Of a DNA stretch of 64,000 bases, positions 21,297-30,088 are shown piece by piece. The stretch's first letter is position 1, and every line of letters begins with the position of its first letter. This stretch comes from a virus. Under the pieces are notes generated by a model. The model did no database searches. It was given only the letters and a program-made list of their open reading frames with translations, and was not told the origin of the DNA. Location of the stretch: IMG/VR virus record IMGVR_UViG_3300035157_000972; one strand, written 5' to 3'. Both the position numbers and the translations under genes were made by a program.

Positions 21297-21500
21297 ATGG
21301 ATCCTGAAGTACAAGCATTGATTGCAGTTTACCAAAAAAGATTGGCAGATGTAACTGCACAAGCGATTGCTTATGAAGCAAGAATTTCAATTTTGGCGAA
21401 ACAAATACAAGAATTAACACAACAACCTCCTATCCCAGAACCTCCTGCACCACAGAAAAAAACAGCAAGAACTAAAAAAACAGACGCTGGAACGTTTTAG
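21297..21500 (+). CDS. Small coiled-coil hypothetical protein (possible fibre chaperone)
   Basis: ATG at 21297 just after the terminator; MDPEVQALIAVYQKRL..., ends DAGTF. Confidence 0.65.
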   Translation: MDPEVQALIAVYQKRLADVTAQAIAYEARISILAKQIQELTQQPPIPEPPAPQKKTARTKKTDAGTF

Positions 21501-21503
21501 ATT

Positions 21504-21517
21504 GTAACGATCTATAC
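21504..21517. promoter_or_regulatory. NtcA-like box GTA-N8-TAC
   Basis: GTA ACGATCTA TAC, 8 nt upstream of a consensus -35. Confidence 0.45.
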
Positions 21518-21525
21518 GGTTTTCC

Positions 21526-21554
21526 TTGACAATAAGTATTAATTTTTTTATAAT
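21526..21554 (+). promoter_or_regulatory. Consensus sigma70-type (early) promoter
   Basis: TTGACA(21526)-17 nt-TATAAT(21549). Confidence 0.85.
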
Positions 21555-21578
21555 TAGTTATGTGTTCATTTCAAAACA

Positions 21579-21737
21579 ATGCATAACAGAGAAGTATCTT
21601 TCAACAATCTCCGTGCATGGACTGCGGAGGGCGAAAATCTATTTTCAGAGGATCCCATTGATGACTACTTTGAGTGTATATCAGAATGTTCCCCTGTAGA
21701 TAAACAATGTATAACATCATGTAGAACTTTATTGTAA
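21579..21737 (+). CDS. 52-aa Cys-rich small protein (CxxxC-x6-CxxxC); not in ORF track
   Basis: Hand translation MHNREVSFNNLRAWTAEGENLFSEDPIDDYFECISECSPVDKQCITSCRTLL; directly behind the promoter and 3 nt before the next ATG; resembles a small protein family of marine picocyanobacteria/cyanophages (from memory). Confidence 0.8.
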   Translation: MHNREVSFNNLRAWTAEGENLFSEDPIDDYFECISECSPVDKQCITSCRTLL

Positions 21738-21740
21738 TCT

Positions 21741-22259
21741 ATGGAATCTTATTTTAATGGTAAGTGGTCAGACAGCAGTTTCGATTCGTATAAGTGGTCT
21801 GGTTACCGATTGGTCGATGAAGTAAATTCCCATAATCCTCATTCTGTATTAGACGTAGGTTGTGGTTTCAACAGATTGAAAGGAAAAATAAACAACTTGG
21901 TCGGCATCGACCCGTACAATGATTATGCTGACATAAAAGTATCTCTAGAAGATTACAACGGTGGACCCGTAGACATAGTATTATGTCTTGGGTCTATTAA
22001 TTTTGGAGACGATTATACTATCAATAAACAAATTGATATACTAGACAATATCTGGCACAAGAGAGCATACTTCAGAGTCAATCCCGGCATAGAGCATACA
22101 TGGCATGACAAGTCAGACTGGGACGGAATCGTTTGGTATGACTGGACTCGTTCAAAAATTAACAGTATTGTTGCTAACTACAAATATCACTTAGGTAGGT
22201 TTGAAGAAGAATATACAACACAAGGTCATAAACGCTACTACTTTGAATTATATAAATAA
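21741..22259 (+). CDS. Class I SAM-dependent methyltransferase-like protein
   Basis: Motif I VLDVGCGFN, VGIDP acidic strand end, DIVLCLGSINF. Confidence 0.75.
   Translation: MESYFNGKWSDSSFDSYKWSGYRLVDEVNSHNPHSVLDVGCGFNRLKGKINNLVGIDPYNDYADIKVSLEDYNGGPVDIVLCLGSINFGDDYTINKQIDILDNIWHKRAYFRVNPGIEHTWHDKSDWDGIVWYDWTRSKINSIVANYKYHLGRFEEEYTTQGHKRYYFELYK
22251..22258 (+). promoter_or_regulatory. T4 gp55-type late promoter
   Basis: Exact TATAAATA, 27 nt before ATG 22285. Confidence 0.7.
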
Positions 22260-22284
22260 CAATGTAATTACAAGTAATACAACA

Positions 22285-22959
22285 ATGTTATCTGGAACCG
22301 ATTTCGTAAAGAAAATCAAAGAAGGAAACAAAGAATTATTTGAAGCATCTCGCTCAAATGTTCGTCGTTTCTTCGAGTCTAAACCAAGCGACGAATACTT
22401 AGTAGAGCACTTCCGTGGACGTATGGTCAACGAAGCTCAGAACATGTATGCAATCGCAGGACAAGTTGCATCAGCAGATCCTTCAACAGACGTAAGAGAT
22501 CTAGAATTACTTTCTAAGCAAGCAATGGATGAAGCGAAGCACTTCAGAATGGTAAAGGAAGTTATCGAGCATATCACTGGTGAAGAACTAGACGTTGCTG
22601 CTGCCTTCGCTGCAGAAGCAGAAGCACCACAAGCAAAGGGTGCATCTCTTCTTGAGAAGTATGAAGCATCTAATGATGAAGCAGCACTTGCAGCATATCA
22701 GTTAGTTGCTGAAGGAAGAGCAGAAGCAGTATGGAACGAAATGGCAGAATGTGTAGAAGATAGATTTATTTCTTCTCGCTATGCATCTATTGCTAAAGAC
22801 GAAGGATTCCACTCAAACTTAGGTGGACGTTCACTTTCAAAATTAGTTGAAGGTAGCGAAGCACTTCAGTCACACGTACTTGCATTAGTAGAAAGAATGA
22901 GAGCAGACCTCCTAGAGATCAGCAATCAGAACACTGCTACTCCTCTTGCCGTTGTGTAA
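22285..22959 (+). CDS. Ferritin-like four-helix diiron-carboxylate protein
   Basis: Ligand pattern E (NEAQN) - DEAKH - E (AEGRA) - DEGFH; all-helical; ATG 22285 preferred over TTG 22201. Confidence 0.75.
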   Translation: MLSGTDFVKKIKEGNKELFEASRSNVRRFFESKPSDEYLVEHFRGRMVNEAQNMYAIAGQVASADPSTDVRDLELLSKQAMDEAKHFRMVKEVIEHITGEELDVAAAFAAEAEAPQAKGASLLEKYEASNDEAALAAYQLVAEGRAEAVWNEMAECVEDRFISSRYASIAKDEGFHSNLGGRSLSKLVEGSEALQSHVLALVERMRADLLEISNQNTATPLAVV

Positions 22960-23572
22960 AGGGTTCTCTACCCCTTCGGATTTCTTTGTCTAACCAATGC
23001 TCTTTGCATGGAAAGACATACTTATGATTGGCATCGACGCTTATAAAGTTGTCGATGCCTTTTTTTGTGACTGGAAATTCTAGCATACGACCAAGATATT
23101 CAATATACTTTTCTTTGTATAAGAAGAATGCTTCATGATCTATGAAATGCACTGCCATATCTTTATAGTAATCAAGAGCAATATCCATAGTGCACTCACC
23201 ACCAACTCTTACTTGTTGTAGTTCGTTTATATTTCTATCTCTTACAATTACTGCTATGATTGGCATTACACCTAATTCAAATGCTCTCATAGCAACTTCT
23301 TTTACCTTTGGGGTTTGTCTTACACCATTGTAAAAGAAAGGCACACTGACATTGGCACAGAAGTAATCTCCATCTGCAAATGTCTCCTTAGTCATCTTCT
23401 CTGGGTTTACCCAATATTGTGCAAATGGTTCTTCGTCACTAGGAACCCAGTACTTATCATGAAGACTTTCCCACCCAATTACATTCTCATGTAGTGAGAA
23501 TAGTCTTGCAAATAGATGATTTCCTGATCCTTGTGGACCTGTTACGATTAGTAGTTTTTTCATTAGCAGCAC
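22937..23572 (-). CDS. P-loop sulfotransferase/kinase-like protein, paralogue 2
   Basis: LLIVTGPQGSGNHLFARLF resembles the sulfotransferase 5'-PSB / P-loop; IAVIVRD strand; true start probably the ATG at 23563. Confidence 0.6.
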   Translation of the reverse strand: MLLMKKLLIVTGPQGSGNHLFARLFSLHENVIGWESLHDKYWVPSDEEPFAQYWVNPEKMTKETFADGDYFCANVSVPFFYNGVRQTPKVKEVAMRAFELGVMPIIAVIVRDRNINELQQVRVGGECTMDIALDYYKDMAVHFIDHEAFFLYKEKYIEYLGRMLEFPVTKKGIDNFISVDANHKYVFPCKEHWLDKEIRRGREPFTQRQEE

Positions 23573-24285
23573 CTCCCGTTTGAACCTTCATCATATGCAT
23601 GATCGGTATCTTTTGTTATTGGTTTCTTTGCATCGGGATGATTCGGATCCCATAAGAAAGGAACTCCAGTCTTGTTACCATCATCTAATGGATTCTCTTT
23701 TACATAATTGATATACTTTGCATTAGCATCTCTTTCTAATATCTCATTTACTCTTTTATCATACCAAGCGATAGGGAAACCAAGATTTAATGATTTCAAA
23801 TACTCTTGTTTGTAAAGATATAATAATTCGTAACTTAAAAATGATGGACATGGAAACGCTCCTTGTATTTCTTTCAAGGCATCATAGAAATGTCTTATAG
23901 TAGATTCTTCTCTTATTCTTTTCTGTTGGTTTTCTAGTATTGTTTGATCTCTACCTATCACACATATCTTTACTTTCATTCCCAAACTCTCTGCCTTCAA
24001 TCCAAACTCTTTGATGTCAGGACACCACTTAGTTCCTTTGCTCTCTATGCCAAGTGGGACACTGATGCTAGTAAAGTAATGATCGTGTGAACTAAAGTCA
24101 AATTGGGATAGTAATTCTGGATTTCTCCAACATGCAGCAAATGGTTCGGAATATCTGTGTGCTTCCCAGTAGTTGTCTAATAAGGACTTCCAACCAAATA
24201 CATCTTCATGTAAAGAGAATATTTTAGACCACAGATGATTGCCTGATCCTTGTGGACCCGTTAGTATGGCAAGAGTTTTCATCAT
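23563..24285 (-). CDS. P-loop sulfotransferase/kinase-like protein, paralogue 1
   Basis: LAILTGPQGSGNHLWSKIFSLH, EPFA, SVP, CVIGRD..ILE.QQ.R and FLSYELL align with the neighbouring paralogue. Confidence 0.6.
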   Translation of the reverse strand: MMKTLAILTGPQGSGNHLWSKIFSLHEDVFGWKSLLDNYWEAHRYSEPFAACWRNPELLSQFDFSSHDHYFTSISVPLGIESKGTKWCPDIKEFGLKAESLGMKVKICVIGRDQTILENQQKRIREESTIRHFYDALKEIQGAFPCPSFLSYELLYLYKQEYLKSLNLGFPIAWYDKRVNEILERDANAKYINYVKENPLDDGNKTGVPFLWDPNHPDAKKPITKDTDHAYDEGSNGRCC

Positions 24286-24304
24286 ATAATATCAGTTACA
24301 ACTA

Positions 24305-24333
24305 ATTATAACACATAAATAGTGGCACAACAA
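24305..24333 (-). promoter_or_regulatory. Extended -10 promoter for the minus-strand P-loop pair
   Basis: Minus strand TTGTTG-17 nt-TATAAT with TG extension (TGTTATAAT), ~20 nt before the start codon. Confidence 0.55.
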
Positions 24334-24372
24334 CGTGTGTCCTTACACACTGAGTGCTCTTTAGCGTACATA

Positions 24373-26292
24373 ATGGCAAATCCAGTAATAAAAGTCAAAC
24401 GTTCCTCCGTTGCAGGAAAGGTTCCGGCACCCACACAATTAGAACGTGGTGAGTTAGCAGTAAACTCATACGACGGAAAAGTTTATATTGTAAGAGATCA
24501 GTTCAGCACTGGTATTGGCACAACAACTCATACTCTCAACCCATGGGATGAGTATACGATAGGAAATAAGATAGCATATGCAGGTATTGCCAGTGCACAG
24601 CAGTTTGATGGTAATATAACAGGTAGTGTAAATTCATCTGGTGTCTCAACCTTTGCTAGTGGGGCACTAGATTTTTATCGCAGTGGTGGTGACTCGTATA
24701 TTGATAATGATAGTGGACATCTTATTATAAGAAACCAAGCAGGTGGTGTTGACGATAATCATGACATATACATTATGGCAAAACCCGGTGAAACTGGGAT
24801 TCTAGTAGCAGATGATTCAGCAGTATATTTGTATTTTGATAATTCAGCTAAGATACGAACAGATAGCAACGGTGTCTTGGTTTATGGTAATGTAGCACTA
24901 TCAGGTACTGTAGACGGAAGAGATGTAGCAACTGACGGTACAAAATTAGATGGAATAGAGAGCAATGCGACCGCAGATCAGACAGCATCAGAAATACTGA
25001 CTCTGATCAAAACTGTAGATGGATCAGGATCCGGATTAGATGCAGATACTTTAGATGGTATTAGTTCAGGATCATTTGTAAGATCAGACGCTACTGATAC
25101 AGTGTCAGGTGCACTTACATTTACAAATGACGCTACATTTACTGGAGACGTTTATCTAACTGATACTGGCACTGACAGTAGTGCAGGACCTATACTTGAT
25201 TTTTATAGGAATAGTTCTTCTGCTGCTGATGCTGACTATATGGGACAGATAAAGTTCCAAGGTGAGAATGATGCAGATCAGAAAATTGTATATGCTAAGA
25301 TAACAGGTAAAATACAAGATGCATCAGATGGAACTGAAGATGGTCTCATCGAATTTGCTAACAAGAAAGCAGGTTCAAATGTTATAACAGCAAGACTAAG
25401 AAGTGATAGTTTACAATTATTAAATGGCACTGCACTGACTGTTGCAGGTGATTCTACATTTACTGGTAAAGTTTTTGCAAATCATGGTGTTCAGGGTAAT
25501 ATAAACTCAAGTGGTATATCTACAATATCAGGATTCACATTCCCCTCAACCGACGGGAGTGAAGATCAAGCATTGGTCACAGATGGAAATGGGTCGCTCT
25601 CATTCAAAACATTGTCTGGTGGTGGAGGTGCCACAGGTGCTGCAACAACAATAAGTACAGGTGTTACCACTGCAACACAAGGACAGACATCTTTTACTGC
25701 ACCTAATGTATTTGATGATGGTGAGCAAGCAACAGCATTTTCTACTCAGGTATTTCTAAATGGTGTGAAACAGAGACTGGGTGCATCCAATGATTATCAA
25801 CTATCTGCACCTCAGACTGTGACTTTCAACTCTGGAGTTACACTTGGAGATGATGTCACTATCGTTGTATATTTTGGACATACCTTAGAAGAAGAATTTT
25901 TTACAGCAACACAAGGGCAGAAAGATTTTACTCTAGCAGGTAGTCTAGCAGCAGCAAAAAATTACAAAGTATATCTGAATGGAGTCAGACTTAGAAATAC
26001 CGTAGACTATTCTGCAAGTTCTGCTGTTGTTCTAAATCAAATCGCTCAAGCAGGAGATCAAGTAGATATTGTCTCCGATCAGGCAGAAGATAGATTGACT
26101 GCAGTACAAAATCAAACCTCCTTTGCACCATCAGATTCAAATACAACATCAGATAATATGCAAGTGTATATGAACGGTATCTTACTAAGAGAAACTGAAG
26201 ACTGGTCAATAGGAAGTCCCTCTGTGACAATCCTAGATGCAGACGGTCTGAATGCCGGTGATCATCTGGATGTTGTCGTAAGACGATCATAA
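24373..26292 (+). CDS. Tail fibre-like structural protein
   Basis: MANPVIKVKRSSVAGKVP...GELAVNSYDGK anchor; DGRDVATDGTKLDGIE, GSGLDADTLDG; three C-terminal T..QT.F...V(Y/F)(L/M)NG modules; CATAAATA late-type promoter at 24314. Confidence 0.8.
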   Translation: MANPVIKVKRSSVAGKVPAPTQLERGELAVNSYDGKVYIVRDQFSTGIGTTTHTLNPWDEYTIGNKIAYAGIASAQQFDGNITGSVNSSGVSTFASGALDFYRSGGDSYIDNDSGHLIIRNQAGGVDDNHDIYIMAKPGETGILVADDSAVYLYFDNSAKIRTDSNGVLVYGNVALSGTVDGRDVATDGTKLDGIESNATADQTASEILTLIKTVDGSGSGLDADTLDGISSGSFVRSDATDTVSGALTFTNDATFTGDVYLTDTGTDSSAGPILDFYRNSSSAADADYMGQIKFQGENDADQKIVYAKITGKIQDASDGTEDGLIEFANKKAGSNVITARLRSDSLQLLNGTALTVAGDSTFTGKVFANHGVQGNINSSGISTISGFTFPSTDGSEDQALVTDGNGSLSFKTLSGGGGATGAATTISTGVTTATQGQTSFTAPNVFDDGEQATAFSTQVFLNGVKQRLGASNDYQLSAPQTVTFNSGVTLGDDVTIVVYFGHTLEEEFFTATQGQKDFTLAGSLAAAKNYKVYLNGVRLRNTVDYSASSAVVLNQIAQAGDQVDIVSDQAEDRLTAVQNQTSFAPSDSNTTSDNMQVYMNGILLRETEDWSIGSPSVTILDADGLNAGDHLDVVVRRS

Positions 26293-26310
26293 ATAACTAA
26301 AAAGTAAATA

Positions 26311-27210
26311 ATGGCAGACCATCTAACCACAGAATTACCAGATGACGACATGCTCAACTATAGAGAGGAATTCATTCTCTATGGTTTGAGGCAGTTAGGT
26401 CATCCTGTCGTGGAAGTCAATATTGCAGATGAGCAGATAGAAGAAGTGATGCAAGACACCATATCATTTTTTCAAAACAGACATATGGATGGTGTGGAGA
26501 AAGTATATCTAAAACATAAAGTTCCAGAAAACTTTATCAAAAGGGTAGGTGGAAGAGCAGATGACAATACTATAGGTATCAAAACCACCACATCAAATCA
26601 ATACAGTAGAGGTGGAGATATTGTTGGTTTGAGCACGACTGCTTTCGATTCATTTGAAGAGGATCAAAATTTTATTGTTATACCTGATGCTGTTATTGGT
26701 ATAGAGAAAGTTTGGAAATTAGACAACCGTGCTATCAGCACTAACATGTTTAGTGTCAACTATCAATTATTTTTGAACGAGATATACTATTTCAGTAGTA
26801 CTGAAGTATTGAATTATTCTATGACAAAAAGATATCTTGAGGATCTTGATTTTATATTACATCCAGATAAACAAATAAGATATAACAGAAGACGAAATCG
26901 ATTATATATTGATACTGATAAAGGTAGTTTACAAGAAGATGATTATTTGATCATTCAATGCTATAGGGCAATTCATCCCAACGAAGTTGGTAATAGAATA
27001 TATGGAGATATATTCTTTAGGAGATACTTTACTGCTTTGCTAAAACGTCAGTGGGGACAAAACCTCATGAAGTTTCAAGGTGTAAAAATGCCGGGTGGTA
27101 TGGAACTAAATGGTAGACAAATATGGGAGGATGGTACAGCAGAACTAGAGAAGTTGGAGTCTCGTATGAATATGGATTACGAATTACCTCCACTTGATTT
27201 TATTGGATAA
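26311..27210 (+). CDS. gp13: Neck protein gp13
   Basis: LRQLGHPVVEVN; KRQWGQNLMKFQGVKMPGG; ELPPLDFIG. Confidence 0.92.
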   Translation: MADHLTTELPDDDMLNYREEFILYGLRQLGHPVVEVNIADEQIEEVMQDTISFFQNRHMDGVEKVYLKHKVPENFIKRVGGRADDNTIGIKTTTSNQYSRGGDIVGLSTTAFDSFEEDQNFIVIPDAVIGIEKVWKLDNRAISTNMFSVNYQLFLNEIYYFSSTEVLNYSMTKRYLEDLDFILHPDKQIRYNRRRNRLYIDTDKGSLQEDDYLIIQCYRAIHPNEVGNRIYGDIFFRRYFTALLKRQWGQNLMKFQGVKMPGGMELNGRQIWEDGTAELEKLESRMNMDYELPPLDFIG

Positions 27211-28616
27211 TGGCACTCAATAATTATTTTAGAGCAACAGGAGCAAGGAATGAACAGGATCTTGCTCAGTCCTTAGTGGATGAACATATCAAAATGCATG
27301 GCATAGAGTTTGTCTATATGCCACGTTCTTTTGTGAATATAAAAACTGTCATGAGAGAAGTGACCTCATCAAAGTTTGAGAAGTCATTTCCTCTTGAAGG
27401 GTATATCGAGAACTATGAAGGATTTGGTGATCAATATAATCTATTAACAAAATTTGGAGTTAGATCTACAGCAGAAATGCAAATCACTATATCTCAAGCA
27501 AGATTTGGTGAACTAATTACTCCTGTTTTGAGAAGAGAAGGTGGACTTGGAATTGATACTCCTGTAAGACCACTAGAAGGGGATCTAATATACTTCCCAC
27601 TTGGGGACATAATATTTGAAATCAAACATGTAAAACATACTGCACCAACGTTCTATGCTTTAGGTAAGAACTATTGCTATGTTTTAGAATGTGAGATGTT
27701 TGAACTTGGTGATGAGAAAATTGAAACAGGTATTGGTGAGATTGATAATGATTTTGCTACATTAGGATATAATGTCACAATGACAGTATCAGGTGTTGGT
27801 ACAACTGCAACTGCACAGACATCATTGGTGAATGGTGGTATTCATAAAATCAAGATATTCAATGAGGGAACAGGATTCACAGCAGATCCCACAGTTCTCA
27901 TATCTAAACCTAATGGCACTGGTAGAAGAGCAACAGCAGTTGCTATTACCACTGCAAATGCACAAGGTTCTAGATCACTGCAAGAGTTTAGACTTACAGA
28001 TCCCGGTTTTGGATATACCACTGCTCCAAGTATTTCAATCACACCAGTTGACGGTCAAGGTGGAGGAGTGTCACTAGGAGTTGGTATTGCAACAACTGGT
28101 GCAGTTGGAATTATTACAGTTACATCGAAAGGATCTGACTATGTTGTTCCTCCTACAGTTACATTTACAGCAGCACCTTCAGGTGGTGTAACTGCTATAG
28201 GAACTGCCATACTTGTGAACGGTCAGGTGGATAGAATTATCACAACAAATGCAGGATATGGTTATACAGTAGCACCTACTGTCACTGTTGGTGCAGCAGG
28301 CACAGTTGGGGTGGGAACCTTCAAGTATGGAATGATTCTAACTGGTAAGACATCTTCAACAACTGCATATGCTACAAGTTGGGATGCTACAAATGGCACA
28401 CTTACTGCTAAAGACCTCACAGGTAAATTCTCAATCGGTGAATTGATTGTGGGAACAGCGAAGACGACAGGTGAGACTATCGCATATCGTCTAAATAGCA
28501 TCGACTACAATGATGATGAGACAAATGTCGATTCATATGCAGACAATGTTAGCTTCCAATCAGAAGGTGACGCTATCCTTGATTTTACAGAGAAAAACCC
28601 ATTTGGTGAAGCATAA
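27210..28616 (+). CDS. gp14: Neck protein gp14
   Basis: EQDL.QSLVDEHIKMHG, RPLEGDLIYFPL, DFTEKNPFG; synteny. Confidence 0.9.
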   Translation: MALNNYFRATGARNEQDLAQSLVDEHIKMHGIEFVYMPRSFVNIKTVMREVTSSKFEKSFPLEGYIENYEGFGDQYNLLTKFGVRSTAEMQITISQARFGELITPVLRREGGLGIDTPVRPLEGDLIYFPLGDIIFEIKHVKHTAPTFYALGKNYCYVLECEMFELGDEKIETGIGEIDNDFATLGYNVTMTVSGVGTTATAQTSLVNGGIHKIKIFNEGTGFTADPTVLISKPNGTGRRATAVAITTANAQGSRSLQEFRLTDPGFGYTTAPSISITPVDGQGGGVSLGVGIATTGAVGIITVTSKGSDYVVPPTVTFTAAPSGGVTAIGTAILVNGQVDRIITTNAGYGYTVAPTVTVGAAGTVGVGTFKYGMILTGKTSSTTAYATSWDATNGTLTAKDLTGKFSIGELIVGTAKTTGETIAYRLNSIDYNDDETNVDSYADNVSFQSEGDAILDFTEKNPFGEA

Positions 28617-29665
28617 TGTTTGGAAAGTATTTTTACAATGAGACAATAAGAAAGACTGTAATCGCTTTCGGAACTCTCTTCAATGACATCACGATAAAGC
28701 ATACAAATGATGCCACTGATGCAGTAATATCAACAATCAAGGTTCCTATTGCATATGGACCTATGCAGAAGTTCTTAGCAAGAATTGAACAACAACCAAA
28801 CTTCAACAAGAATGTAGCAATAACTTTACCAAGATTATCATTTGAGATAACTGCATATCAATACGACCCAACAAGAAAGATTGCACCTATAACAAAATTT
28901 TGTTTAGTTCCTAATAGTAGTAAAAATAAAATCAAAAAGGTCTTTATGCCTGTGCCCTATAATATAGGATTCAGACTTAGTTTTGCGACAAAATTGCAAG
29001 ATGACGCTTTGCAGATCTTAGAGCAAATATTACCATTCTTTCAACCATCATATAATGTTACATTGAACATGATAGAGGGTCATGATGAGAAAAGAGATAT
29101 ACCATTTACATTGAGTGATATATCATTCAAAGATGAATATGAGGATGATTTCAATACAAGGAGAGCGATTGTATATGATTTAGAATTTATGGCAAAGACA
29201 TATTTCTACAACGAGATTCCTACAGACGAAACTGGTGGAATTATCAAGAAGGTTCAGATCGATTACTCATCTGCTATCAGAGCACCAAGAGAGGTCAGAT
29301 ACGTTGTCACACCTACTGCTACGAAAGATTATAATCAAGACTCAACCCTCTCTCTTGCTGCAACATTGGAAGTTGGTAAGACTCTAATGACGGTAACGAG
29401 TGGTGCAAGTTTAGTTGTCGGACAATACATTCAAATCAACAATGAAGTTATGAGAGTTGAGGAGAAAGATAATGTCTCGATCATAGTTGCTAGAGGTCAA
29501 TATAGAACCAAAGAAATGAAGCATAGTAATGGTGATGTTATAAATCTTATTAACGCTGCCGATCATGCATTGATCGAAGTCGGTGATGATTTTGGATTCA
29601 ATAGTGATATTGACTTCTTCCAAGATTCTAAATTCTTTAGTCCTAGTCAGGGCACTGACCAATAA
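28616..29665 (+). CDS. gp15: Tail sheath stabiliser / terminator gp15
   Basis: YFYNETIRKTVIAFGTLFN, VPIAYGP.QKFLAR, QILEQILPFFQP. Confidence 0.93.
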   Translation: MFGKYFYNETIRKTVIAFGTLFNDITIKHTNDATDAVISTIKVPIAYGPMQKFLARIEQQPNFNKNVAITLPRLSFEITAYQYDPTRKIAPITKFCLVPNSSKNKIKKVFMPVPYNIGFRLSFATKLQDDALQILEQILPFFQPSYNVTLNMIEGHDEKRDIPFTLSDISFKDEYEDDFNTRRAIVYDLEFMAKTYFYNEIPTDETGGIIKKVQIDYSSAIRAPREVRYVVTPTATKDYNQDSTLSLAATLEVGKTLMTVTSGASLVVGQYIQINNEVMRVEEKDNVSIIVARGQYRTKEMKHSNGDVINLINAADHALIEVGDDFGFNSDIDFFQDSKFFSPSQGTDQ

Positions 29666-30075
29666 TGGAAAACTTTGATGAGTTAGAAAAGGCAATGAAC
29701 GTAAAGACAGAAATAGTCAAGGAGACTAAATCTGTCAAAGTCAAACCTATTAAAAATGGGGAAGATGATCCTAAAAAAGATTACGAATATAGTAGAGCAC
29801 AATTATATAATCTAGTAGAGAAGGGTCAAGAGGCAATCAATGGTATATTGGATGTATGTCAAGACTCACAGCACCCAAGAGCATATGAAGTAGCAGGACA
29901 GTTGATCAAGAGTGTAGCAGATACCACTGACAAACTAATTGACTTGCAGAAAAAAATGGTTGACTTAGAACAACCAACTGGAAATGGTCCAAAGACTGTA
30001 AATAATTCAGTATTCATTGGTAGCACTGCAGATCTTCAAAAGATCATCAAGCAAGGAAATATAAATAAGAAATAG
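29665..30075 (+). CDS. gp16: Terminase small subunit gp16
   Basis: DYEYSRAQLYNLVEKGQEA, HPRAYEVAGQLIK, FIGSTADLQK. Confidence 0.93.
   Translation: MENFDELEKAMNVKTEIVKETKSVKVKPIKNGEDDPKKDYEYSRAQLYNLVEKGQEAINGILDVCQDSQHPRAYEVAGQLIKSVADTTDKLIDLQKKMVDLEQPTGNGPKTVNNSVFIGSTADLQKIIKQGNINKK
30060..30067 (+). promoter_or_regulatory. T4-type late promoter
   Basis: TATAAATA 21 nt upstream of ATG 30089. Confidence 0.7.
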
Positions 30076-30088
30076 TAATCGATACACG

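Noticed and set aside
22285-22959. Calling the diiron protein ribonucleotide reductase beta, classical ferritin/Dps or aldehyde-deformylating oxygenase
   Set aside because: Too short for NrdB and lacks its recognisable motifs; only the metal-ligand pattern is shared with the others, which is not enough for a specific name
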